Positions 1 through 12,900 of a stretch of DNA of 64,000 bases are shown here, one piece after another (the stretch's first letter is position 1; each line of letters opens with the position of its first letter). Source of the stretch: Laetmonice hystrix (lineage: Eukaryota); contig OZ249436.1 in NCBI GenBank assembly GCA_965235115.1, forward strand, positions 18,850,001-18,914,000, read 5' to 3'. Both the position numbers and the translations under genes were made by a program. The notes under the pieces are model-generated. The model worked only from the letters and a program-made list of their open reading frames with translations. It had not been told where the DNA came from and searched no databases.

Positions 1-808
1 TTAGAAGTATCCTGTAAAAGCGACCTTTATAACCCAGCAGGGCCATAACAATTCCTCCAACCTCCATCTGGGGGGTTTCAGATTGCAACTGGGTCATGAC
101 GTCAAAAGTGGGCAGCAGCACTGGCCTCAATTAGTTCTCTATAGTCTTTACACTATAGGCTCTACTTGGCTGTCATCCCCTTACCTCATTTAATTTTCAT
201 TGTACAACATCTATTTTTGAGTTTACCGTGATTTTTTTTTGTGCTGCAATTGGCTGCAGCAAAAGATCATCGTCTGGAAGAAGTTTTTTTAAATTCCCAG
301 TCACTGCTGCCGGCTGAGCCTTCAGCACCCTGCGGGGTCCGTGAATCACACCCCTCCCTGTCCGAGACCTGGGGAGATTTATTCCATCCCGGGTGCTGAA
401 TCTGGAGTCCTCAGTCGATTCAAAAGAATTGTCCTTCTCTTGTACATTTTGGGGCCTACATGGCTCATACATGTAGCCCTGAATGGTGGTTGGTTGGTGG
501 TTTAGCCCTGAAACATGGACACATACACCTGTGTGTGAGGTTGGGTCCAACGTTAGACCTTTCCCTCTGTGTGTTTATGAGCTCCAACAACAGGCTGACC
601 ATTTTTGATGTCACAACACCACCTAGCGGTGTACATGTGAAAATCAGCTGAGATGTGGGCCTCTTCAGAACGCGTTATAGTTTCACAAATCACATAAAAA
701 CAACTTTTCCGTGTTTGCAACTGATAAAACAGTAAGAATCCATGGATACTTAATCACCAACATGTTGAAAATCCTAAAATAGTGAGAAAAGCGTGGAATG
801 TGATCTTT

Positions 809-1437
809 AAGCCAGTATCTCACTGGGCTGCAACTGTTGGCGACAAATCGCGAACGGCATTCGCGAGGGAGTTTCCAAAGTGTCCGAAACGTTTGTGGTG
901 GTTCCCAATTTCCTCGCGTGAGTCGCAGGGCCTCTCACTCGTGTTGCTGGAATTCGGAAGATGTTCAAAGAATTTGTGCAACAAATTTTCTCTCAAAATA
1001 GTCGTAAAGTCGTCGCGGGTGTCTCGAACCCATCTCGAACCCTTCTCAATTTAGTTTCCGTGAGTCAGAAACTGCAAGAAATGTGAGACAACTTTGTGAG
1101 GGGTTGGCGACCTATGAAACTAAATTGTGACTGATTGGAGACAAATTTGTGAATCATTAGAAAATAAATTGGGAACAATTTGCGACATAACTAAGACACT
1201 TTATGACTAAATTGGGACAAAAAACATTGCACCACATTTGCACGAATGTCGGACGAATGTCGTGTGGATGTTGTACGAATGTCGCAATTTATTCACAGTG
1301 CGACATACGCAAATGTGTCCTAAGTACCAATTCAGTGTGATTCCAAGTGAAAATTGTCGCTAATTTGCGTATTTTCTCACAATTTTTTTTATCTCCAACT
1401 AGTCACAAGCCGTTGCAGCCCAGTGAGATATTAGCTT
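809..1437. mobile_element. MITE, PIF/Harbinger-like
   Basis: 26-bp TIRs AAGCCAGTATCTCACTGGGCTGCAAC / GTTGCAGCCCAGTGAGATATTAGCTT (24/26 match). Confidence 0.75.
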
Positions 1438-1669
1438 GAGTCTTTCACTTCGTTGAGGTTTTACAAACGGTACCCTGTAAGCAAGTAAAGAATAACATAA
1501 TACTTAACCTTATCTAAGAACAGATTCTGTAACGGCTTCAAGACAGATGTTTAATACTGAAAGTCACCGTACATTGTGAAAATTTGTAAATGTTTATGCT
1601 GTGTGTAAATTTCATTTGTAAAGTTTAGGTGTGTGTAAGGCTTATAGGGTACCTCAAGGATTTATACTA

Positions 1670-2400
1670 ATACAGGGGGATACGTGAAGTTACACAAGAC
1701 TAGGTGAATGATACAGGGGGATACATGAAGTTACATCAGACTAGGTGAATGGTACAGGGGGATACCGTACATGAAGTTACATAAGACTACATGAATGAAA
1801 TAAGGGGATACATGAAGTTACACATGACTAAGGAAACATGAAGTTACATAAGACTAGGTGAATGATACAGGGGGATACATGAAGTTACACAGCACTAAGT
1901 GAATAATACAGGGGGATACAAGAAGTTACACAAGACTAGGTGAATGATACAGGGGGATACATGAAGTTACACAGCACTAGGTGAATAATACAGGGGGATA
2001 CAAGAAGTTACACAAGACTAGGTGAATGATACAGGGGGATACCGGTACATCAAGTTACATCAGACTAGGTGAATGATATAGGGGGATACCGTACATGAAG
2101 TTACATAAGACTACATGAATGAAATAAGGGGATACGGTACATGAAGTTATACAGGACTAAGGATACATGAAGTTACATAAAACTAGGTGAATGATACAGG
2201 GGGATACATGAAGTTACACAAGACTAGGTAAATAATACAGGGGGATACAAGAAGTTACACAAGACTAGGTGAATAATACAGGGGGATACAAGTACTTGCA
2301 CAAGACTAGGTGAATGACACAGGGAGATACAAGAAGTTACACAGGACTAGGTGAATGACACAGGGAGATAGAAGAAGTTGCACAAGTCTAGGTGAATGAT
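1670..2400. repeat. Minisatellite, about 41-bp unit
   Basis: TACAGGGGGATACATGAAGTTACACAAGACTAGGTGAATGA repeated about 17 times, diverged. Confidence 0.92.
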
Positions 2401-3224
2401 AGCAGATCATCTCAATTGTTTTGTGAACCTTCTCAGATCGTGAGTGATGCTGATTTTATTATTACGGTACCTTTTTAAATGGACGAATCTCGTAGGTATT
2501 ATGTAACAGAAAGTGATTTCGTGAACTTATGATTGTTTCAAACTCTGTTGAGAGCTACGGTATATAGTGTGTCAGCTTCAACATGCCAATCATGATCATC
2601 CACCCTCGGTTAATCATCTATGAATCATAATTGCTTGTAAAAGAAATTAAAGTCGTCATTTTTTCGCAGTCTGGCTTTAATGCTCTACCTTGGATATAAT
2701 GGAATGTAACTGCAAGATATGCAAATTTGTTGTTCATTTTTATGTGTGGCGTTTTCCTATATGCAGTTAAATGTACACTTGTATTGTAAGTAAAGGGGGG
2801 AGGGGGGTAGCATAAGTTAAATTCCTTCCAAAGTAAATAATACAAAACCAAATCGGTGATGAAATGATGTGTTTATTCTAGTGAATATTGCAGCTCCCAT
2901 AAGAAGTACAGCACCAAGTCTGGGTTTCACCTCGTCACCTTTCACGACATTACATTTCCACTACATACCGTGCCCCAATCCTGGGTACAAGGAATACTCT
3001 GATCTGACATGCACAATTCAGGAGTCAAAGTTTTCAAAATTAAAGTTGTTTGTAATGATAAATATACTGGTACTACATGGAATATTATAGTACATGGTTT
3101 AAAAAAAGGTTAAGTTGAGCACATGTACATTACCACCGTGTCTACATAAAACTTCTGACTTAACGTCGACGACGTACACTCAATAAGCGCCCCCCCCCCA
3201 ATGACACACACACACATAGGGCTA

Positions 3225-3772
3225 CAGACAGCTGTCTGCAAGGCTTGCATTCATGACCATGTTATTTAGTGATTTCCTTCACAATGGCCTCTCCTCCACT
3301 GGATTCACACATACACACGCGCACAGCTGTCTGGAGGCTTGCATCCATGCTCAAGTTATTTAGTGATTTCCCTCAGGATGTACTGGCCTCTCCTCCACAG
3401 GATTCACACATACACACACAGACAGCTGTCTAGTGATTTCCCTCACGATGTACTGGCCTCTCCTCCACAGGATTCACACATCCACACACAGACAGCTGTC
3501 TGGAGGCTTGCATCCATGCTCAAGTTATTTAGTGATTTCCCTCACGATGTACTGGCCTCTCCTCACTGGATTCACACAGACATACACACACAGACAGCTG
3601 TCTGGAGGCTTGCATCCATGCTCAAGTTATTTAGTGATTTCCCTCACGATGTACTGGCCTCTCCTCCACAGGATTCACACATCCACACACAGACAGCTGT
3701 CTGGAGGCTTGCATCCATGACCATGTTATTTAGTGATTTCCCTCACGATGTACTGGCCTCTCCTCCACTGGA
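3225..3772. repeat. Tandem repeat, about 99-bp unit, in the presumed ASH2L 3' UTR
   Basis: CAGACAGCTGTCTGGAGGCTTGCATCCATGCTCAAGTTATTTAGTGATTTCCCTCACG... about 5 copies. Confidence 0.9.
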
Positions 3773-3885
3773 TTTGATTGACTCCAACCGGACCTAGAAG
3801 CCTCTAGACCGGTTCCTTGTCCCATATTTTTTCAGCCTCTACACTGGAGGAGTAAAGTTTTCTGTCCCCGGGAGGCTGCCTTCGG

Positions 3886-3981
3886 TTAGGAGAATTCTGG
3901 GAGTCTTCCTTCATGTTCAACGTGGTAGAGGATATCAGCGAGAGCATGTTCCACGACGGCCACGTGGGCTGCTTCGGACAT
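3886..3981 (-). CDS. ASH2L: ASH2L last coding exon ([31 protein letters not shown])
   Basis: Acceptor ccgccag, stop TAA at 3888-3886; SDI/DPY30-binding motif. Confidence 0.95.
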   Translation of the reverse strand: MSEAAHVAVVEHALADILYHVEHEGRLPEFS

Positions 3982-6900
3982 CTGGCGGGAAAAACGTCAA
4001 CTGAACATTACTATACTGTCCTCCCCTGGCCTGGGACGACCGGGTAATGTCAACAAGGGCCGACATATGGGATACCGCCCCACCCACCCACCCATCCCCG
4101 ATTTGAAGAAGGTGGACAGACAGAATAAGCCATCCCTTGCTTAAATAATACTATTATATGGGTACAATAAGGTACACTTTGGGGGTTATTTAATGAAGGT
4201 TTAGGGTCATGTCGAGAGGGCTATTTAATGAAGGTTTAGGGTCATGTCGAGAGGGCTATTTAATGAAGGTTTAGGGTCATGTCGAGAGGGCTATTTAATG
4301 AAGGTTTAGGGTCATGTCGAGAGGGCTATTTAATGAAGGTTTAGGGTCATGTCGAGAGGGCTATTTAATGAAGGTTTAGGGTCATGTCGAGAGGGCTATT
4401 TAATGAAGGTTTAGGGTCATGTCGAGAGGGCTATTTAATGAAGGTTTAGGGTCATGTAGAGATCTAAGGTCCTTGGTTTCCCTGTGTTCCCCGTCCTCTC
4501 CCTCACATGATCCATCCCCAAACTGGTACATATCAAGTCATCATCCTCTTTAATGAGGGTAGTCACGGTTATGTAGTAAAAAAGTAAAAAAGAATTTTTA
4601 AAACTACAATACAGTGTACATAATTCTTACCGCTAAACACTCAGCATCTTTGGGCGGGAACTTGAAGTCGGGGCCAAAGTTCATGACAATCTGGACAAAG
4701 GATATAAAACAGTTTTCATAAAATCATAAGCCAGAGCTAGTTTTTACGGGTTGTCTGAAAACTGACTCATGACTTTTATGTTTTCTAACTGTGATCAAGT
4801 CGAAAATGTAAAAGTCATGAGTCCACTGGCTTCTACTCCCCTTACCCTCACCCCTAGTCCTGGTACATAGACCTCTCCCAAAAAACTTACCCCTAACCCT
4901 AACCCTGTCCTTTACCCTAACCCCCAGTCCTGGTACATAGACCTCCCCCAGAAAATTTACCCCTATCCCTGAACTTTACCCTAACCCCCAGTCCTGGTAC
5001 ATAGACCTCCCCCAGAAAACTTACCACTATCTTTATCCTTTACCCTTACCCCTAGTCCTGGTACATAGACCTCCCCCAAAAAACTAACCCCTATCCCTAA
5101 CCCTGTCCTTTACCCTTACCCCTAGTCCTGCCCCCGGTTTCAGAAAGGCTCTAAGCAGCAAGCTTTAAGCTAAGCAGAGCTACGGCAGCCCATAGGGACA
5201 TATACCTTTAGTGTTTTTAAATTTCTAGATTGATTTTCATCGACATTTTGACAGTGATAATAATTTAAACGTGGGGGTAATATTTTCACCGCGGTGATAT
5301 TTCAACTACCATGAAAATGTCCATGAAAATCAATGTAGAAAGTTAAAGTGTCTGTGTACTTATGGGCCACCGTAGCCCTGCTTAGCTTCAAGCTTGCTGC
5401 TTAGAGCCTTTCTGAAACTGGGGTACATACACCTCCCCCAGAAAACTTATCCCTAACCCTAACCTTTACCCTACCCTTCTCCTCCCAATGTCGTGTGAAC
5501 GCCACCAGGGGGAGACAAACCTAAGTTGATTAACCCCTTGATCACTGACCGAGGCGTTCCTGTAGACGGACACGGCAGGATAATACGTTCCGTCAAAGAT
5601 GTCCTCGAACGCTGTGCCCATACACTCTCCATTTCGGTACATGACCAACTGAAAGATACCACCGCCAGATGGAGTTAACATCAACTATTTGCTCGGGTTC
5701 CTTCTCTGAATACTTTAGCAAACGAATAAGTCTGGTTATCTACTGTCTGAGCTACCAGAAACATGTTTACCTAATGCTATACAAATTTAGTTTCCCATCC
5801 ACAACGCCTTTATTTTCCTCTGTCACAATCTACATTACAGGGTTCCCACGTTGGCTATATTGAAATTTCGTGACTTCTCCATGACTTTTCCAGACTCTCA
5901 AATTTCATGATCAATTCTGGATAAAATTAACAAAATACACTAAAATCCCAGAATTGTCCCCTATATAGTACGTCGCGGAACTCTACACTTTAGACCTAAC
6001 ATGCAAAAACTGAAATGTGGTTCAAATGAAATCTCAAATTCCATGACTTTTCCATGTTTTTCTATTTTCCATGACTTTTCCAGGCCTGAAAAAACAAATT
6101 TCACTTTCCATGACCGTGGGAACCATGGACACAGAAGTCTCTGACCTCTAATTGAGCTCTATCTCTGAACGCTCACAACATTCTTTAGGTTCTTACCTTA
6201 CTGCCCTTGATACTCTGAAGATTTTTCTCTGTCTCTGTCACGTAATCCTTCTCCTCGAAGTACAGGTGCGACTTGAACTTCACCAAGGGCTGAAAATCAC
6301 GGAAATATACTCGAGATTAAAACAAGACAGAATCTAGTTCTGTTGCAACCCATGACGTGGCGACACCAGTATGTGCCCCGGAGTGGAGTGACCGGTTGGA
6401 CGAATCGTCAGTGACCTCATACATAATGTAGATTTACTACCTGAGTACAGGTAGAGATATATAATATATGAGATCATCTACACAGTACCTGTGATCAGGC
6501 CATTCTACATCAGTGTCGTTTCTACTCATGTTTACCAGGAGACATGTAAAGACTGGCCTTGTTTGTGTTGTTGATTTGTACCTCGTGTCAATAATTAAAA
6601 AAGAAAGGTAAAAGCACCCCCTCCCCTCCGGTTAATGGACCGCCAATTAAGAATCCTTATTTGAGAGTTCTGTCTCTACCTTTTTGCAGGTTTATGATCA
6701 TGAGGAGGGGAACTCTAAATTGTTTCCTCCTGCTAGGGCTTGCAGGAGTCTTGATCCATACTTCCAAGGCCCGTCCTACTCGCCTTTTAACTCGGAGTCC
6801 CAGCCAGTGTTGGGCGGTAGATCACAGAGGTTCGCACAGACAGACCACAATACGAACTCGTTTTTTTAGAGGCTCTGTCAATTTCTCCAGTGAATTTGAT

Positions 6901-9900
6901 TTGTTGTTATTACCTCTCTGAAAACACCGGTCCACCCAGCCACCCCTCCTGGTGCGAACTACAATGGACTGGTCGCTGGATTACGGCTGGCAGTGCTGGA
7001 GGCTGCCGTATCTCGTGGCCAACCCATCCCCCCCTGTGGATCGATAATGGTAGCGCGTGCATACCCACACCTTGGCATCACATTGGCCGCGCTAACTCCG
7101 CACCACCACCAGCAGCAGCATTAGAGGCAGCGTGCTGCAGTGTTATATACGCAGACGATGAAACCCCAGCCTTGAGGATCCCAGGCGGATGGGAGGGAAT
7201 ACCACAAACATGGCGAGATTACACGTCCTAAGTAAGTACACCTTGGGTTCGTGGCCGGCCGGGAGTCCCCCTACCTCCTCCCCGGGGCAGCAGTGAGGGC
7301 CGGGCGATGGGACGGCCTCAGTCCCTCCCTCCCCGTACGTTCGTGTCGTCGCCAGAATGGCCAACCAATGGATCGATTGTCATTCTCTCGGCCTGCCCAG
7401 TTCGACAATTAGCTGCTGCGAACTGCTGCTCTGGTGCTGGCCACTGCCTGTGGCCAGTGCATGTGGCCAACGACTATGGCCATCAGAGCCCGTGGCAATC
7501 CAGCCTGTCCTCTTTAAGACCGCCATCCTGTTTTTGGCTGACCTGTGGCCGGATCTCTTGCCGACTGTCAATACCATCATCCTGGTATACTGACTGAGAC
7601 CCATATATCACGTATCCTCTTTACGACCCTCTCTTACCAATATATCACAATATCAGAGTACTACTGACTTGTACCAATACAGCACGTAAAATGACTGTTT
7701 CTTGAAAAGAAAAATTACACATTGCAGACGATGTTTCTACATGTTTTATCAACGCATAAGATATTTGTGATTTCCACAGGCAGTTAATGAGGTTAAATAA
7801 TCACACAATAGAATTGACATGGCCTTGATGCGAGGTGTGAGTGTGACGGACAGTCACACTATGAATGACGGTTATAGTGGGCGTGACAGGTATAGCTGGG
7901 TACATGAGTGTGGTTGGTGTCAGGTGTATAAGATCAGGGGGTGCAGACTTTGACGGGTAGGAGGGGAGACTTGAGAACAGAAATAGACTCCTCGTTATTT
8001 ATGGTACATGGATAAAGACCGCAGTCCGACATTAGCTCCTAGAATAGATTAAGGATGGTGCTTTATACAAGATTTCTGAATGCCCCTTGGGAATTCAGGA
8101 CCACAAATTTTAACAAATCCGAGCCTCAAGCCTCATACATTTTTAAGACTTCTGACTGAGACTACTTATATCCTAGTTTGAGGATCATGGCACATTATAA
8201 AACAGTTCTGACTGGTCTGGAGTCGGGATGGCAAATTTCATGAATATATAAAACCCGATTCTGATTAAAGATGTCAGAGCCTATACTTGATAAAAGACCC
8301 CTGACTGAGACTCTCCCACTCAGAACATCCTGCATATACACACTCCCCCACTCACAACACATCCCGGATACAGTAGGCCACTCTCCCACTCAGAGCATCC
8401 CGGATATACAGGCCACTCCCCCACTCACAACACATCCCGGATACAGTAGGCCACTCTCCCACTCAGAGCATCCCGGATACAGGAGGCCACTCTCCCACTC
8501 ACAACATCCCACTCACAACATCCCGGATACAGGAGGCCACTCTCCCATTCACAACATCCCGGATACAGGAGGCCACTCTCCCACTCAGAGCATCCCGGAT
8601 ACAGGAGGCCACTCTCCCACTCACAACATCCCACTCACAACATCCCGGAAGACCCGGATACAGTAGGCCACTCTCCCACTCACAACATCCCACTCACAAC
8701 ATCCCGGAAGACCCGGATACAGGAGGCCACTCTCCCATTCACAACATCCCGGATACAGTAGGCCACTCTCCCACTCAGAGCATCCCGGATACAGGAGGCC
8801 ACTCTCCCACTCACAACATCCCACTCACAACATCCCGGAAGACCCGGATACAGGAGGCCACTCTCCCATTCACAACATCCCGGATACAGTAGGCCACTCT
8901 CCCACTCAGAGCATCCCGGATACAGGAGGCCACTCTCCCACTCACAACATCCCACTCACAACATCCCGGAAGACCCGGATACAGTAGGCCACTCTCCCAC
9001 TCAGAGCATCCCGGATATACAGGCCACTCTCCCACTCACAACATCCCACTCACAACATCCTGGATACAGGAGGCCACTCTCCCATTCACAACATCCCGGA
9101 TACAGGAGGCCACTCTCCCACTCACAACATCCAGGATACAGGAGGTCACTCCCCCACTCACAACATCCCACTCACAACATCCCGGAAGACCCGGATACAG
9201 TAGGCCACTCTCCCACTCAGAGCATCCCGGATATACAGGCCACTCCCCCACTCACAACACATCCCGGATACAGTAGGCCACTCTCCCACTCAGAGCATCC
9301 CGGATACAGGAGGCCACTCTCCCACTCACAACATCCCACTCACAACATCCTGGATACAGGAGGCCACTCTCCCATTCACAACATCCCGGATACAGGAGGC
9401 CACTCTCCCACTCACAACATCCAGGATACAGGAGACCACTCTCCCACTCACAACATCCCTGATGTCTTACTGACTGACCGTCTTCTGGACTGTCTGTCTT
9501 ACTGACTGACTGACAGACATCTCTACTGCACATCAAAGTACGACAAGAGATTTAAGAATTTCCTAAGTTTTCCTTCCATTTGAATATACATGCATCTAAC
9601 ACTCCGACCATATTTATGTTAATCATACTGCCTACTATCTGGTCTTTAGGCCTAGACTATCTGGTTACCTAAAGGTAACTCCCCCGAGTTTGGCCATTAA
9701 GACTAAGTTCCCAGTTCATCAGGCATGCCGATAGATTTACTCCCCCCCCCCCCGCAGTGTACCTCAGTGTATTACTGTACCCATGACCTCCGCGTTACCC
9801 GATTACCAATGATTAGTAGTGACGTAGATGTGGTCTGTTCCAGTTTTCCTGTGACGTCACACACGGACCGTGACGCGGAGTACGATTGGTGTGGATTCGA

Positions 9901-12900
9901 TCTTTGTGACGTCAAACACTTTACGTAGCAGGTGAAGATAACACTGATAAACAAACGGTAAATATTAAACTCTTACAAGTAAACTTTAAGTAATAAATAT
10001 CTGTATGCAGTCATGTAATGCCCCTAGATTTTATTGTTTATGTCCCAAGTCATCTGTGCGTTCATATGCTGCGATTGGTCAAGACCAATATCGAAGGTCA
10101 ATCCCCGTCTCAAGGGTCAAGAGTTGCCAGAGGATGATCTGACATTCGCACATATTGGTGGGGGGGGGGGGGGGTCAACATTTACCCCTGTTTGCCGCCG
10201 ACCTAGGTTTTCCTTATTATTATTATAGGTGGATCCTGTTTAATTTTTGCTGCCGACCCAGGGCACCCCCCCCCCCCCCCCCCCGCCCCTAGAAAATTCT
10301 GGATTCGCCACTGCCGTAGGCCGACAATCTCGGTGTAGGACAGCCTGGCAATCACGGTTCTATCTTACAACCGCCTCTCAATCCGACATGGTGATTGATG
10401 TCATGAGCTACTAATTACAACCCTCACGTGGCCCCCATGTTCCCGGAATGCACCACGAGCCCGAGTCGGTTAGATCCCAGCCCCGCGCCGCAGGCCCGAC
10501 CCGCCAGGCTATTTTAGGATGGTAGTTCCGAGAATAGCCGCGAGGTGGTGTTGCTGGTGGTTATCCTATCATGGTTCGTGGACCAGTTATGACTGAACCC
10601 GCGTGATTGACTGCTGACTGAATGCTGGGGGCCTGGACGCGAGGAAACTACTAGGCTGGTCAGAGGAGGCGAGAGACTCTATTGATCAAACCCGAATACA
10701 GACTGATACAGACTGACCAACCCCGAATACAGACTGACCAACCCCGAATACAGACTGACCAACCCCCAATACAGACTGACCAACCCCCAATACAGACTGA
10801 CCAACCCCCAATACAGACTGACCAACCCCCAATACAGACTGACCAACCCCCAATACAGACTAATCAACCCCAATAGAGACTGACCTACTCCTAATAGAGA
10901 CTGACCAACAGACAGACCATACCCGAATACAGACTGACCAACCCCCAATACAGACTGACCAACCCCCAATACAGACTGACCAACCCCCAATACAGACTGA
11001 CCAACCCCCAATACAGACTGACCAACCCCCAATACTGACTGACCAACCCCCAGTTTCCCATGGTTTTAAACGTTTGACACAATCACAAGTTTGTGAAAAC
11101 CAAGCATCCTGCCGACAGCCCTGCATGGCGAGCCGGTTCTCCTTGACCAAAAACATAGACGTCCAAAGTCCAGAGTTTCAAGGGGTTGGGTAAAGTACAA
11201 ACTGGCCAATGTCCCACACCATGATACCCCTGTGTGGGGCAGTGACCTTGCAGGTGGCCCCGAACTGGGACACGCGGTCCGGATCGTCCGGGGGGTGGGG
11301 GTTGTAGGTGGCCGCCACGCATAAAGCATGACTGAATCACGTCAGCCAGACTCCAGCCAGACATTTACCTTCTGGTGGGAGGAGGTGGGGGGTATGTGAG
11401 GGCGGTCTGGCCTCTAGACTCAACCTTCAGTCTCCAACCGTTGCCATCCGCAGGCCCTCAGTCAATGAGATGCTTCAAGCGAAAGGGTGGAGGCTTTAGG
11501 AAATAACTTGACGTGTGGCGTTGTAGGGGCTGATACAGGTAAGCTATGACAGTGGCTATTACAGCACGATATCATTAGATGTGTAGTGGCTGACACAGAA
11601 TGGCTTAAGTGTACCTAGTAGCTGATGAAGATTTGTTAAATGAGGCCCTGTGGGTAGCGGCTGGTACAACTTGATGTGTCTAAACAGCGGCTGATACATG
11701 ATAGAACTCAGCGGCTGATACATGATAGAACTTAGCGGTTGATACAATGACACAAATGGGCCCAATGCTTCCTACACCCCGTCAACCCCCACCCCAACAC
11801 TCCCCATACCGGTCCTACACCCCGTCAACCCCCACCCCAACACTCCCCATACCGGTCACCCCACCCCCTCCCCGGCTCTGTGGCCCCTGCCACTGCCTCC
11901 ACAGGTGTCGGGTTGTCAGGTACTGACACGATTAGAGTCGGTGAGTAATAGTTGTGTTAGAACACTGAATAGTAAAACGGACCTACTCTATCCCGGGTCC
12001 CAACTGCTGAAAGACATCAAACAAAAGAACTCTTGGACTAAGCTACTGCTCATAGTCTGACACATTGTTGGCAACACAGGGCATCTACACAATGAAGATT
12101 AAACCACTGAAAGATGGAACTCTAGTTGAATAACCTTTACATGCTAACATTTCCGTGTAGGTGAGAGCGGGGTGGCGGCGAGAGTAAGGTGGGAGGTTGC
12201 TCTCCAATGGAGGAATAACAATCTTACAAATTCCTACAAGGGCTGGCTCCGTCAGAGACATGCACTCAGACCCCTGCTCCGTCAGAGACATGCACTCAGA
12301 CCCCTGCTCCGTCAGAAACATGCACTCAGACCCCTGCTCCGTCAGAGACATGCACTCAGACCCCTGCTCCGTCAGAAACATGCACTCAGACTCCGGCTCC
12401 GTCAGAAACATGCACTCAGACCCCGGCTCCGTCAGAAACATGCACTCAGACCCCGGCTCCGTCAGAAACATGCACTCAGACCCCTGCACCGTCAGAAACA
12501 TGCACTCATACCCCGGCTCCGTCAGAAACATGCACTCAGACTCCGGCTCCGTCAGAAACATGCACTCAGACCCCTGCACCGTCAGAAACATGCACTCAGA
12601 CCCCGGCTCCGCCAGAAACATGCACTCAGACCCCTGCTCCGTCAGAAACATGCACTCATACCCCGGCTCCGTCAGAAACATGCACTCAGACTCCGGCTCC
12701 GTCAGAAACATGCACTCAGACCCCTGCACCGTCAGAAACATGCACTCAGACCCCGGCTCCGTCAGAAACAGGCACTCAGACCCCTGCCCCATACTCAGAC
12801 CCTGGCTCCGTCAGAGACATGCACTCAGACCCCGGCTCCGTCAGAAACATGCACTCAGACCCCTGCACCATCAGAAACATGCACTCAGACCCCGGCTCCG

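Noticed and set aside
197..478. Minus-strand open frame after a cattcag acceptor (GYMYEPCRP...IDVVQ*)
   Set aside because: Could be a terminal exon, but I found no upstream exon or recognisable homology.
4198..4211. 13-mer GTTTAGGGTCATG shared by the 35-bp array and the 33-bp donor array
   Set aside because: Short, in opposite orientation relative to the gene, and the rest of the units is unrelated; likely chance.
4838..5475. CCCTAA motifs as telomere or interstitial telomeric repeat
   Set aside because: Only 1-2 degenerate hexamers per larger unit, inside an ASH2L intron.
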